Assembly (NCBI GenBank): GCA_951406725.2
Contig: OX597828.1
Span: 45,694,001 to 45,758,000 of the forward strand
Direction: 5' to 3'
From: Octopus vulgaris
Taxonomy: Eukaryota
Length of the DNA: 64,000 nucleotides
Shown here: positions 13,207-28,930 of the stretch, piece after piece
Numbering within the stretch: the stretch's first letter is position 1
Layout of the letters: the number at the start of each line of letters is the position of its first letter
Notes under the pieces: model-generated
What the model saw: only the letters and a program-made list of their open reading frames with translations
Told to the model about the DNA's origin: nothing
Databases searched by the model: none
Program-made: the position numbers and the translations under genes

Positions 13207-13447
13207 CGTGTATGTGTGCGTGTGTGTCTGTATAGTTCTATGTATCCGCCATATATTCAGTATTTATTTTAATAATTTCTCCTTAGTTATCGATTCTTTT
13301 CTATTTATATCCACATTCCGTTATTCCACCATTCTGACGAATTTATCATTGCACTGTTCATAGATTTACCATTATGCCACAATCCAAAAGTACTGCTGCC
13401 ATTGTAACGATCTTTTATTGTTGTTGTTATTATTGTTATTATTATCA

Positions 13448-13499
<52 letters not shown>

Positions 13500-13512
13500 C
13501 ATTATTATTTTT

Positions 13513-13546
<34 letters not shown>

Positions 13547-14343
13547 TAACCGATATCCTATTCACTTCTTTTGTCATTTTCTTTTTTCGTCCTTCACTTA
13601 TTATTTCTTTTGTTTTTAATTTATGTTTTTTTTTTCTTCCTCTTATAATGCCTCATTCAGATATTCTGTCATTCCATCTTCTTCAATTTTATATTCATTC
13701 AATCTTTCATTCTTTGAATTCCCCATCCCCAACACCGCCACTAATATCTTTACGTTTCACTCTTTTATTCTTATGTTCCTGCATTTAATCACCACCTCAT
13801 TCTCTCTTTTTATTTCCACTAATTTTTCCCCTTCTTCCTTCCTTTCTTTCTTTCTTTATTTCATCCTTCTTTCTTTCCTCCCTTTCTTCCTTAATTTAGC
13901 CTCTTCCCTTTTCTCTCTGTCTCTGTCTCTGTCTCTGTATCTCTCTCTCTCTCTCACTTTCTCTCTTTCTCTCTCTCTCTTTCTCATCGACACGTTTCTT
14001 CATGCCAAATATTAACATGTTGCACTTTTCACTCACTTCAACTCACTACCCTTCTCTGATTCTACCCTTCTCTACTTCAACAAACCAACAACACCAAACA
14101 GCCAGCCAACCAATCGAAACCCTTCCCCTTCTATTCACCCTCTCACCCACCAGCCTGCCCATTCTATCACCCATCAACCCTCCAGCTGTCCACCAGTTCA
14201 CCAGTCCAAAAGTTTTAATAGTACAGATCTGTCATAAATTTGACAGCTCCTATCTAAAGTACTATTTAATTTTACCAACGTCTGTGCTCACGTCAGTTAA
14301 TACACCACCATTTCCATCAATCTACTCAATAAATTGACAAAAG

Positions 14344-14404
<61 letters not shown>

Positions 14405-14658
14405 CAGGTATAAGTAGAGGTATTTAAAGCCTCTAAGAGACAGATATATCCAAAGGCATTCCTGGTAATTACCTCAGTAGGTGTAGTCCTTGGTAAAAGG
14501 TACACGGCAGCAGGTAATTTGGCGGGTAAACCGCAGTTTCATTTATATAGACAATAAGAAAATGGAGGAAAAATAACAATATGAAGTGTGTCTTTTGCGC
14601 TTGGAAGCCGTTATTTAACTAGTTAAGAACGGTGAGAGTAAGAGTGAGTTTACGATCC

Positions 14659-15007
14659 TTTCTGTGTACCATGGCGAGGGAAATATATATTTTCGTATCG
14701 TTGCCAATGGTAGACATCATCAGAAGGAAGAAGTCAAAGGTAGAGAAGAGCGAAAATTAGAGGGATACATGGGAAAAGAAAATGATCAAAAGTTCACTGT
14801 TCGTTAAGTCCGTTGTGAGGTGGAAGAAGAATAGAAGTTAGTTGAATCTGTGGTCTCGTGGTCATTTAATAGCATGGCTTCCACTTGTCTTTTCCTGTGT
14901 ATTTCTCTACCTTTCGCTCTTCTCTACCTCTGACTTCTTCGTTCTGATGGTGTCTACCATTGGCAACGAGGAAAAAATACAGTTTCCCTCACCATGGTAC
15001 ACAGAAA
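14659..15007. repeat. diverged inverted repeat, ~120-bp arms
   Basis: 14659-14779 is the reverse complement of 14888-15007 (TTTCTGTGTACCATGG / CCATGGTACACAGAAA). Confidence 0.8.
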
Positions 15008-15040
15008 TTATATTATATATATATATATACATCTTTTGTC

Positions 15041-15087
<47 letters not shown>

Positions 15088-15149
15088 TATTTATGCTTGT
15101 ATGTATGTATGTATGTATATGTATATATATATATGTGTATATGTATATA

Positions 15150-15223
<74 letters not shown>

Positions 15224-15347
15224 CAATAAGAGGCTTCCAAATAGGAAAGCCTTGTGCTAGAAAGAGCAGTAGAAAACTCAAAACCACCAAATAAGGATAA
15301 ATTTTCGAAAGGAATGGAAATTAAAAACGTTTACCATCTCAATTATT

Positions 15348-15418
15348 TCCCAGACCATGGTTTCTAACTATTTCCAGCAAAAAAAAAAATTTGCTGGAGG
15401 CCAATTTCATCAGTGGGA
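15348..15418 (-). ncRNA. type-I hammerhead ribozyme motif, canonical core
   Basis: UCCCA-CUGAUGA-long stem II (UCCAGCAAA/UUUGCUGGA)-GAAA-CCAUGG-UC-UGGGA. Confidence 0.7.
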
Positions 15419-15802
15419 CAGCCTTTCGATTTCAAATACATAGCACAGCCAGATCCACATGTAAAGCTAATTGCTTGTATATGCTAACTTTTCAGACCAC
15501 TGCGCAGACGCAGATTATACCCGGCGACAGAGAGGATGCCGGTAAAAATTTCGAACAAATTTATCAGAGAATATTTAAACATAATAATTAACAATAGGGT
15601 AATAAGTAATTATTATTACCAGTGGCCTAGCACAAAAACGAATTAGTCATTAGACTATATATTATTCAGATAGAAATACAATAAGAGGCTTCCAAATAGG
15701 AAAGCCTTGTGCTAGAAAGAGCAGTAGAAAACACAACACCACCAAATATGGATAAATTTTCGAAAGAAATGAAAATTAAAAACGTTTACCATCTCAATTA
15801 TT

Positions 15803-15872
15803 TCCCAGACCACGGTTTCTAAATATTTCCAGCAATAAAAATATTTGCTGAATGCCAGTTTCATCAGTGGAA
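15803..15872 (-). ncRNA. type-I hammerhead ribozyme motif, second tandem copy
   Basis: UUCCA-CUGAUGA-..-GAAA-CCGUGG-UC-UGGGA. Confidence 0.6.
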
Positions 15873-15956
15873 CAGCCCAAGTTGCCACGCAGTAGGACTG
15901 AAGCCGGAACCATGTGGTTGGTAAGCAAGCTATTTACCAAACAACCACTCTTGCGC

Positions 15957-16040
<84 letters not shown>

Positions 16041-16185
16041 AAATATATATACACACATACAGAATTTGAGGAAGCACGTAAAGGATATTTCTTTTCCAAT
16101 TGTATCACAAATAAAACAAACTATGCATCTTTTTAATTTTTATTGACTTTTATTGACTTCTTAATTTTATGAGCAACACACACAC

Positions 16186-16249
<64 letters not shown>

Positions 16250-17104
16250 CACATATATGTATGCGCATGTTTGTGTTATGTATTTATAACCCTCGACTTT
16301 CAGTTCTTTGATGGAATTTTAGGGTCATCATTGTGTAATACATTGGGGCATGCTTCGCTTCGTGCCCACTGTACCATTCCCAATGAAGAAAGCTTCTTGG
16401 GAGAATGCCAAAGTTCAGGAATCCTGAAACAGTCTGGCAGCTGTAAAACAATCAAATATGTGGAAGAATACTGCTGTAATACTTAATCCTGTTGCAACTT
16501 CGTACTTAGCATTAGCTCAGCTGTACATTGCAAACCAAAAAGCGTACACCGAAGTGCAAATTAACAGCTTTAAAAAATCAGGTAAATTACCAGTGAATGG
16601 TGTACAATGAACAGCTTGTATGGTCGCAAATCTAAGCTAGCATTAAAGAGAAGGATACATAACCCGCAAGATCGACTACCTGGCTGGAAGTCCCACTTTG
16701 AAAAAACTGCTCAGCAGCAATACAACATCGTGTATTTCAACAAAGTTTTAGAGTCTGTCCTCTGTGAGCAAATGTTTCCGATTCCTTTGATGCATAACAA
16801 ATGAAGTTATAAATGCCATTTGTTCTTTCTATGCAGACTGCAAAAGTTTCGGGTGTATAGGTCATTTACTGGTCCGCTTTCCTTCACTTTTAAATTCAAA
16901 GAAGAATCCTCGACGATTTCTAAAATGAAGAGTAAAAGATTAATTTTGTAAGATATTGTTACAAATGCCATTTTGATAATACCTTTCACAATACGATATT
17001 CCAGATAATATTTTTCGAAGCAGTTTCTTTCTGTGAACAGTGGTAATTTGAGAGCTTCTTATACATTATTCATTTAAATGTATATGTATGTAGAACAAAG
17101 TTAT

Positions 17105-17255
17105 AGCCATAAAATTGGCATCGATAGATGTGACCTATGCACTGCAGAGCAAAGACTGCTCTGTTAAAAGAAATCATCACAACCTGTCGCTATATTTTGA
17201 TACAGACCTTTGGAAAATGTAGACATGATAATAAATCCATTTCACGGAAATGTCC
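17105..17255 (+). pseudogene. possible Penelope-like element ORF C-terminal relic
   Basis: fragmentary KIGIDRCDLCTAEQ..EIITTCR / GKCRHDNK, resembling the RC.LC..EK...KCRH.NK end of GIY-YIG PLE proteins. Confidence 0.35.
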
Positions 17256-18420
17256 ATAACTGCTTTGAATCTGTAATTTTGCAAAGTTATTTACGTGTGT
17301 GTGTGGGGGGGCATGAGTGAAGAGAAATAAGGCATGCAGACAGTCTCATACATTACATCTATTGCACATTACAAAATTATAAACGTTATATTGCTCTGCT
17401 ATAAAATCGTAACTTCAAACATTTTCTTAATTATTTCTTAATTACAACATATTCTCATAAATACTTTATTTCATTTCAAGTTATGCATTCATGAAGTCGA
17501 AATTCTCAAAAGGGATCGAAATACTAAAATTAATTTATTGATTATCTCCTAAGGACCGTATATCGACATTTTTATTCCTGTTTTTGTTCATATTCAAAGT
17601 ACTTAGAATGCTTTAATGAAAAGCTAATAAAGTTTCCTTTGCCGGCCAAACCTCTTTTTATCCATTTCTTTCAAAGAATAGCGCTAGAAAATTTTCTGAA
17701 TCAGGACAAAGTAGGGGTTATTTGGAACGTATTGTACGTGGAAACATCGCTTTTCAGCAGAAAGAAGAAAAAAATTAGACTGTACTGCTTTCAACTCAGA
17801 ACTCCTTATGCTACCTTTCAACATAAGTCATTGCAGAAGCTTTTCAAGCTTACACTGAGGTTTCTCTATTTTTCGCATTTTGCAGTAAGATGTTCAGCTG
17901 TTGGAAATATTCTGTTTGTTAAGTAAATTTACGTAGTTAAAAATGACCACTTTTGTATGTTTATTGTTTTATAAATAATCGAGATCGGTTAAGGAAAAAG
18001 AATTGCCTGTACCAACTTATGTGGTGTACACTTAATGTATTGGACTAGATGGAACATGATGAAAAGATTAAAGACCATGTCAGAAGCAGAGAGGCATATG
18101 CAGTCGTTAAAATCAAAACGAGGTCAGGGGTTTGGTATTTGAATACGAAAGTAGATTTTGCTTGAAGAGACTCCAGTTTCGAGAGAAGAATGAAAGTGTA
18201 GGCAAATTCGTTACATTGTTTTCTTAAAACATGACAAAAGGAATGTGGACGCCCTTCAAAGCGAAGGATAGACGACTGTGTTTTCTGCCATTTACCGGGA
18301 AGGAAACGATTTACTATTACGCTACACATACTAATGAAATGAAAGAGGAGAAATCAAAGAAAATTTTGAAACGTATTGCGCGCAAAAATTTATCGTGCCC
18401 CAAATTCACCTCTTCATATA

Positions 18421-18822
18421 CTCTTTACTCTTTACTCTTTTACTTGTTTCAGTCATTTGACTGCGGCCAAGCTGGAGCACCGCCTTTAGTCGAGCAAATC
18501 GACTCCAGGACTTATTCTTTGTAAGCCCAGTACTTACTCTATCGGTCTCTTTTGTCGAACTGCTAAGTGACGGGGAGGTAAACACACCAGCATCGGTTGT
18601 CAAGCAATGCTAGGGGGACAAACACATACACACACACACATACATATACATATATATATACATATATACGACAGGCTTCTTTCAGTTTCCGTCTACCAAA
18701 TCCACTCACAAGGCATTGGTCGGCCCGGGGCCATAGCAGAAGACACTTACCCAAGATGCCACGCAGTGGGACTGAACCCGGAACCATGTGGTTGGTTAGC
18801 AAGCTACTTACCACACAGCCAC
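18421..18822 (-). mobile_element. full-length SINE family A
   Basis: tRNA-like head GTGGCTGTGTGGTAAG..GGTTCAGTCCC, internal microsatellite, (GTAAAAGA)n tail. Confidence 0.9.
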
Positions 18823-19216
18823 CTCTATTTTCTATCTGACATGAGGCATACTCAATTGAAGAAAGCTTTTATGTGACCTTCCGTCTCCATTGTCACATAA
18901 ACATAATACGTGAACGTTAGCCAATCAATTTTTGGCTTAAAACGCCAACTGGCGGCGTTTTAAGCTACATTCCTACTTTAAAAACAAACTAGTTTTATAA
19001 CAATGGCCAGAATAGATATAATTCACGACACAATTCCATACAATTTTCAAAATCTAATGTGAAACCAGCCAAGTGTATTCCTATATATTTTTTGAAATAT
19101 AATTAAATTCTAATTAATTCGAATATTCTCTCTGATCATTTTCAACTTCATTTCTTCTATTCGTCCACTTGTTGGATTAATAAGAATCCCTCCACCTCTC
19201 TCTCTCTCTCCTGATG

Positions 19217-19273
<57 letters not shown>

Positions 19274-19284
19274 ATGCATATATA

Positions 19285-19319
<35 letters not shown>

Positions 19320-19366
19320 GTATATATATATGTATATATATATATGTCTATCTATCTATCTATCTT

Positions 19367-19443
<77 letters not shown>

Positions 19444-20209
19444 GAGAGAGAGAAACAAAGACAGACAGAGGAAGGCCATTTTAAAATAATTTATGCAATG
19501 TATAATTCCGTTCTTTAGAATTAAAGAAAGAAATGAGAGTGAGAGAATAAATTATGTATATTCTTCAAAACTTTATTCATTTCCACCGTAGACTAATCTG
19601 ATTTCTTTATCAACAATTATTGGCATTATTTCGAACAATTCAAAAACAAAGAAAAAAAAGGAATAAGATACGCACAATGGAGTTCATTGTTCGTTATCGC
19701 CATTTCTATCGCTCGGTTTATTTCTACTCATCATTCTTTCTGATATCTATAACTTCACGTGACAACAAGTAGCGTAATTATTTTGAGTTGAACTGATACA
19801 AATACAGTAATATAATTTGAAATGCCAGCTGCTCCGACGAAGTACGTACGATCGAAACGAATAAGCAATGGTAACAGATAATTCAATAATAAATTAAGGA
19901 TGCGATTGTTTGTTTTTTCAAAATATCATAACAGAAAATATATTGTATACATGTGTACGACATTCGAATATCTATATACGCTTTACCGATTACAAAACTC
20001 TGCGTGTATGTGTGTTATTCTATAAATATGATTATGAGCTAAAGCTTATTATTGCGCCAGCGAATATAGGATTTTGGGGTCAGATTTTCACGTGTACTAA
20101 TACCCATTTTTTTCCGTCGTGGGCTTATGTGCCCCAAAATTAGACTATTTTATATAGTCAATATATTGTGAAATGTTTATTAGCTTTAGCCTATTGGTGT
20201 ATTTATAGA

Positions 20210-20311
<102 letters not shown>

Positions 20312-20484
20312 GATAACAAAAAAATGGGACAAGAACGCAAAGCATTCAGACAGATGATACAAAAAGGGGACAAGAAAAAAGTACGGATCATTCGAAGTTT
20401 TCTTTCCTCAGTCGAGTTCCAGATTATCTTTGCAATTTCGTCTGGTTATATTGGCGATTGCTCCAATCTGGCCAACCCCAAGGA

Positions 20485-20538
<54 letters not shown>

Positions 20539-20636
20539 GCACACATACACATGCATGCATCCACACGCACACACAGACACATTCGCGCGCGCGAACATTC
20601 ATATGCATAAATGGATCTGCACGTGCAGAACAAAAT

Positions 20637-20695
<59 letters not shown>

Positions 20696-20720
20696 TAGAT
20701 ATAGATAGATATAGATAGAT

Positions 20721-20795
<75 letters not shown>

Positions 20796-21164
20796 TATAT
20801 ATATAGATAGATAGATATATTTGTACATATATGTTAACTTAGCTCTGCCAGTGCAGATGCATATATCTATAGATATGTGTGTATATATTACATACATATA
20901 CACAAATACTCACACGCATACACGCACGCACATACACACACATACACACACATATATTCACCGCTATGCATTTCACCCAGCGTACTAACGATTCTGACAG
21001 TTCGCTCCTTAACAATAATAATAATAATAATCCTTTCTACAATAGACACATGGCGTAGATTTGTGGGGAGGTGGACAATCGATCATATGAACCCCAGACA
21101 TTATATTGAAAGCCTTCTGACAAAAATCAGGCCTCCTCATTGATATGACTGTCTCAATCGACAT

Positions 21165-21458
21165 TAATGTATCTGTCAAGACCTACCAAAAACTAAGCAA
21201 GTATAAAGATACCCTAGGAATGATAGCAAAAGGGGCTGATTCCTACCCATCTTAGAAACCAGGAAACCCCAAAATGGCAGAAATTTAAAAGGGAGTGCTC
21301 GTGGGAATTGCCCATATCCTACGTAAAATTCTGCAAAACCAACTATATGACACCCTAGGCATAACAGCAACATGAACTTTTAACCTGTTGTCTCTTGAGG
21401 TTTCCGGATGAGACTTGGAGTCAACTTGTACAAATACAAAGCAAAAGTCAAACATATA
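21165..21458 (+). mobile_element. R4/Dong-like LINE 3' end followed by (AAC)/(AAT)n
   Basis: LGMIAKGAD..PGNPKMAEI*KGVLVGIAHILRKIL resembles the RLE-LINE C-terminus (Q..VL.GTAHILR); 3' UTR also at 34318-34402 (-). Confidence 0.7.
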
Positions 21459-21567
21459 ATAACAACAACAACAACGACAACGACAACAACAACAACAACA
21501 ATAATAACAATAACAATAATAATAACAACAATAATAATAATAATAATAAAATTTTAAAAAAAATAAA

Positions 21568-22290
<723 letters not shown>

Positions 22291-22432
22291 TGACAGCAAC
22301 AACAACATTTGGTAAGTAAAAGAAATCCATTCATCCAACAAACACTCATACCACTAAATCGACGGAAGCGATCATCATGTATATATATCTATATATATAT
22401 ATATATTATTTATTTATTTATTTATATATATT

Positions 22433-22466
<34 letters not shown>

Positions 22467-22536
22467 CATATTTATATATATATGTATATACATATATATA
22501 GTTAATCCAAACATGAAAGCACGAAAAAACACAACG

Positions 22537-22599
<63 letters not shown>

Positions 22600-22765
22600 A
22601 TGATAAATCTCAGAGCGAGTTATAAACAGTAGCGGTAACAAATACTGACAGGACACAGATAGCGTGTCTATAGCCAGCGGGAGAAGGTTTCTTCCTGGGG
22701 CTACAAACTACAGTAGCATCCACCCTTTTGGGTTAGCCATATTCAAATGGCATATATGCATCACG

Positions 22766-22886
<121 letters not shown>

Positions 22887-23279
22887 GGCGCAGGAGTGGC
22901 TGTGTGGTAAGTAGCTTGCTAACCAACCACATGGTTCCGGGTTCAGTCCCACTGCGTGGCATCTTGAACAAGTGTCTTCTGCTATAGCCCCGGGCCGACC
23001 AATGCCATGTGAGTGGATTTGGTACACGGAAACTGAAAGAAGCCTGCCGTATATGTATGTATGTGTTTGTGTGTCTGTGTTTGTCCCCCTAGCATTGTTT
23101 GAGAACCGATGGTGGTGAGTTTACGTCCCCATAACTTAGCGGTTCGGCAAAAGAGACCGATAGAATAAGTACTGGGCTTACAAAAGAATAAGTCGCGGGG
23201 TCGATTTGCTCGACTCAAGGCGGTGCTCCAGCATGGCCGCAGTCAAATGACTGAAACAAGTAAAAGAGTAAAAGAGTAA

Positions 23280-23280
<1 letters not shown>
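22887..23280 (+). mobile_element. full-length SINE family A
   Basis: GGCGCAGGAGTGGCTGTGTGGTAAG head; tail repeats. Confidence 0.9.
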
Positions 23281-24557
<1,277 letters not shown>

Positions 24558-25084
24558 ATGAGAGATATGCATATGTATACATATCTAGATACATGCGCAT
24601 GGACATGCATCTATGTACGTGTGTGTGTGTGTGTGTGTTTCGTGTGTGCGTGCGCGCGCGTGTGTGTGCAACTGAACGCATGAGTCTATGAATGTGTGCG
24701 TACCAAAAGGTGAGCTCCATGAATTGCGAGAAATATTACGGGAGACTACTCTTTAAATTCTGAACTGAGTAACTTCCCCTGAAAATAAAATTTCTTGTAT
24801 TCGTTAGTTGTTATCGTTTAGCCTAATGTCTACATCACACACTCACACAAACGGACATAGACATAGTCATCCCCTACCCACCCCATGCACGTACGCACGC
24901 ACACACACACACACACACACAGACACAGACACAGACACAGACACAAACACACAGTCATACACACGCATACACACACCTTTTTTAAAGAAATACCTTACAA
25001 ATCACATCTTCATTTAATTCGTTTGCGGAATTAAATGAAAGCAGAATGCTCAACAAAATATCAATAATCTCTTATTATAATTGT

Positions 25085-25440
25085 ATATATAAACGGCAAA
25101 ATGCCTGCGTGCGTGTCCTTTATACAAATACACAATTTTTCAGTCAGAGGGTGCACTTTCTATGGTCATTCAAAACCGTCCAAGGGTGGTCGTGCACATC
25201 TTTACATTTCCCAAGTCACCCCACAAAGCCATTGAAAAATCAATAGAAGAGACTTTTATGTGTATTTACTATCCAAAACCCAATCAAAATGCCCAAAACT
25301 TGATACGCCAATTGAATGCCAGCTAGCTGTATGTGATTGGTCGGAGATTTGGACAGTACTCGCGTGTATATGCACACGCACACAGCTGTATATACATGTA
25401 CTAGCACTATGACTTGGCGTTGCCGGGTCATAGTGGTAGT
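25085..25440 (+). mobile_element. non-autonomous Helitron-type element (copy 2)
   Basis: reverse-oriented homolog of 8225-8600 with a degenerate terminal hairpin. Confidence 0.75.
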
Positions 25441-25479
25441 ATTAGTATAAATATAAAACAGTTTTGTTGGCTCACGAGC

Positions 25480-26890
25480 CAAATGCATAGCGGCATTTCG
25501 TTCACCTTCACATCCTGAGTTCGAATTCCACCTAGGTCGACTTTCCCTTCGATATCGATAAAATAAGAACCAGTTGATCACTAGGGTCGATGTAATCAAT
25601 TTATTGTATCTCTCAAAAGTCCGGTAGCCTTGTTCCAAAATTTGAAAGCAATATTTACATAAATAAACATGCGGTTAGCTGGATGAATCGTTAGCACGCC
25701 GGAGAAAATGGTTTGGCGCCTTTCTTCTGGCTTTACTTTCTGCGTTGAAATTCCACCGAGGTCGAGTTTTCCGTTCGCGGTCGATGAGAGAAGAACCTTC
25801 TGAACACTACAGTTGATGTAAATAATTAGTATCATTTTTAACTTGCAGACCTTCTGCCTGTATTAGAATGAATGTTCTTCTCTATTCTACACTAGGCATA
25901 AAGCCCAAAATTTTGGGGAAGGGGGTCAGTCGATTAGATTGACCCCAGTGCGCAACTGGTACTTGATTTATCGGTTCCGAAAGGATGAAAAGCAAAGTCG
26001 ACCTCGGCGGAATTTGAACCTAGAACGTAAAGGCAGACGAAAAAACCTTTAAGCATTTTGCCCGGCGTGCTAACATTTCTGCCAGCTCACCGCCTCTAAA
26101 TACTCTGCATATTCGATTCTACCCTAGGCCCCAGTACGCAACTGGTACTTAATTTAACGACTCTAAAAGGATGAAAGGCAAAGTCGACCTCGGCAGAATT
26201 TGAACTCAGAACGTAACGGCAGACGAAATAAGGCTACGCATTTCTCCCGGCGTGCTAACGTTTCTGACAGCTCACCGCCTTTTTATAAGAATGAATATTG
26301 AAATAGATATATTTGCCAAGGTGGCGAGCTGGCAGAAACGTTAGCACGCCGGGCGAAATGCTTAGCGGTATTTCGTCTGCCGCTACGTTCTGAGTTCAAA
26401 TTCCACCGAGGTCGACTTTGCCTTTCATCCTTTCGGGGTCGATAAATATAGTACCAGTTACGCACTGAGGTCGATATAATCGTCTTAATCCGTTTGTCTG
26501 TCCTTGTTTGTCCTCTCTATGTTTAGCCCCTTGTGGGTAGTAAAGAAATGGGTATTTCGTCTGCCGTTACGTTCTGAGTTCAAATTTCCGCCGAGGTCGA
26601 CTTTGCCTTTCATCCTTTCGGGGTCGATAAATTGTCTGTCCTTGCTTGTACCCTCTGTGTGAAGTCTCTTGTGGGCAATAAAGAAATAAGAATTGTTAAC
26701 ATGCCGGGCAAAATGCTTAGCGGCATTTCGCTCGTATCACGTTCTGAGTTCAAATACCGCTGAGGCTTGATTTTACCTTTCATCTTTTTTGGGTCGATAA
26801 AATAAGTACTAATGTAACACTGGGGTCGATGTGATCGACTGATCCTACCACATTGAAAATTTTTTGGCCTTGTGCCAAAATTTGAGATTG
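25480..26890. mobile_element. cluster of MetaSINE-type (family B) copies in both orientations, including a tandem multimer at 26318-26890
   Basis: repeated GCCTTTCATCCTTTCGGGGTCGATAAA and GAGTTCAAATTCC motifs. Confidence 0.85.
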
Positions 26891-27126
26891 ATGTAATAAT
26901 ATATATATATATACATACATACATATATAGATAGATACATGAACACAAGTATACACGTATACCTAACTAAATGTATACATCTGTGTCTGACTCTTTCTCT
27001 CTCTTTCTCTGCCTGTCCATTCGTCCATCTATCCATCCATCCACTCATGTCTATATCCTCTTCGTGTCTGTTTCCCCCTCTCTCTCTCTCACACACTATG
27101 TATGTATGTATATATGTATGTATGTT

Positions 27127-27198
<72 letters not shown>

Positions 27199-27757
27199 CA
27201 TACATATACACACACACATACACACACCATATATATATATATATATATATTTCTGTATCTAGCCGTTTCACTTAAATTCTTTATATTTGCTCTTTCGAGA
27301 TATCCGTTGTATTTGCAGACATGAAAAAAAAGAAGAAAAAAAAAAGAAAAATGAAAAGACAAAAATTAATGTTGTCGGATTAAATTGTTTATCTGTTTAA
27401 TACGCTACTTTTAATTCAAATTATCAAAATAATGTTTTCCTTTTCAGTACAAAATAACTTAAAAAGAATTCGAATCTTATTACCTTTAGCAAAATATTTT
27501 CGTTTATAAAGAGTTGATTTTTATTCGATGCATTTTAGTTGAGAAACTTGCTGAAGGGCCGTCTTCCTCAATAAAATTCTTTGAAATAATTTTTCTAATA
27601 TTGTTTAACTAAAAGCGTTTGTTTCATTTCAAATTCTATTATCTTGTATAGGCGCAGCGGGTTCTGTGAGATAAGGGGCTTGCTTCTCAACCACAAGGCT
27701 CCGGGTTCAGTCCCTTTTAAGTGGATTTGGTAGACGGAAACTGAAAAGAAGCCTATC

Positions 27758-27838
<81 letters not shown>

Positions 27839-27841
<3 letters not shown>

Positions 27842-28930
27842 CATAAGGGACTAAAGCCATCTGAATATGGCTAGGGACAGGGCAGGGTTTTGCTTGAAAA
27901 TCTATATAAGAAATCCTGCATAGTGAGAATTCGTCGAGGAAGCGGAGGCCTACCACACGCCGATGATAGGCAATACACCTTGAAACCATGGTCCGTGTGT
28001 GGTTTCCGCTTCATCGGGGAATTACCTCCCTTTGCAGGTTTAGGGCACCGTGACGGTGTCGAGCCTTTCTGGTGACGTCGATGTTCGCCTGGGGCTAAAT
28101 GCAACAGTAACACCCCCACCACCCTGCCTGTCCCTAGCCATATTCAGATGGCTTTAGTCCCTTATGTTATCGAGCAGTTACTGTCTATATCCCTTTTAGA
28201 GAATTATTATTGCTTTCGAACAGATTTTCGAAATCAGCAAATGTATTTTGCTTGAAAATCTATATAAGAAATCCTGCATAGTGAGGATTCGTCGAGGAAG
28301 CGGAGGCCTACCACACGCCGATGATAGGCAATACACCTTGAAACCATGGTCCGTGTGTGGTTTCCGCTTCATCGGGGAATTACCTCCCTTTGCAGGTTTA
28401 GGGCACCGTGACGGTGTCGAGCCTTTCTGGTGACGTCGATGTTCGCCTGGGGCTAAATGCAACAGTAACACCCCCACCACCCTGCCCTGTCCCTAGCCAT
28501 ATTCAGATGGCTTTAGTCCCTTATGTTATCGAGCAGTTACTGTCTATATCCCTTTTAGAGAATTATTATTGCTTTCGAACAGATTTTCGAAATCAGCAAA
28601 TGTATTTTGCTTGAAAATCTATATAAGAAATCCTGCATAGTGAGAATTCGTCGAGGAAGCGGAGGCCTACCACACGCCGATGATAGGCAATACACCTTGA
28701 AACCATGGTCCGTGTGTGGTTTCCGCTTCATCGGGGAATTACCTCCCTTTGCAGGTTTAGGGCACCGTGACGGTGTCGAGCCTTTCTGGTGACGTCGATG
28801 TTCGCCTGGGGCTAAATGCAACAGTAACACCCCCACCACCCTGCCCTGTCCCTAGCCATATTCAGATGGCTTTAGTCCCTTATGTTATCGAGCAGTTACT
28901 GTCTATATCCCTTTTAGAGAATTATTATTG

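Larger units (their letters stand above)
15221..15877 (-). mobile_element. 455-bp partial tandem repeat carrying two hammerhead motifs (PLE/retrozyme-like)
   Basis: ATACAATAAGAGGCTTCC recurs at 15221 and 15676; HHR in each copy. Confidence 0.75.

Noticed and set aside
14680-14730. Minus-strand CTGATGA..GAAA in the inverted repeat arm
   Set aside because: Stem I cannot form and the mirror arm lacks the core
20380-20420. Minus-strand CTGAGGA-AAG aaaa CTTC-GAAT hammerhead-like motif
   Set aside because: GAAA and the cleavage site/stem I are not satisfied; at best highly decayed
27871-28839. Repeated 61-94 aa ORFs in the tandem array
   Set aside because: Repetition is only due to the tandem unit; short, non-ATG starts and no domain; RNA structure explains the sequence better
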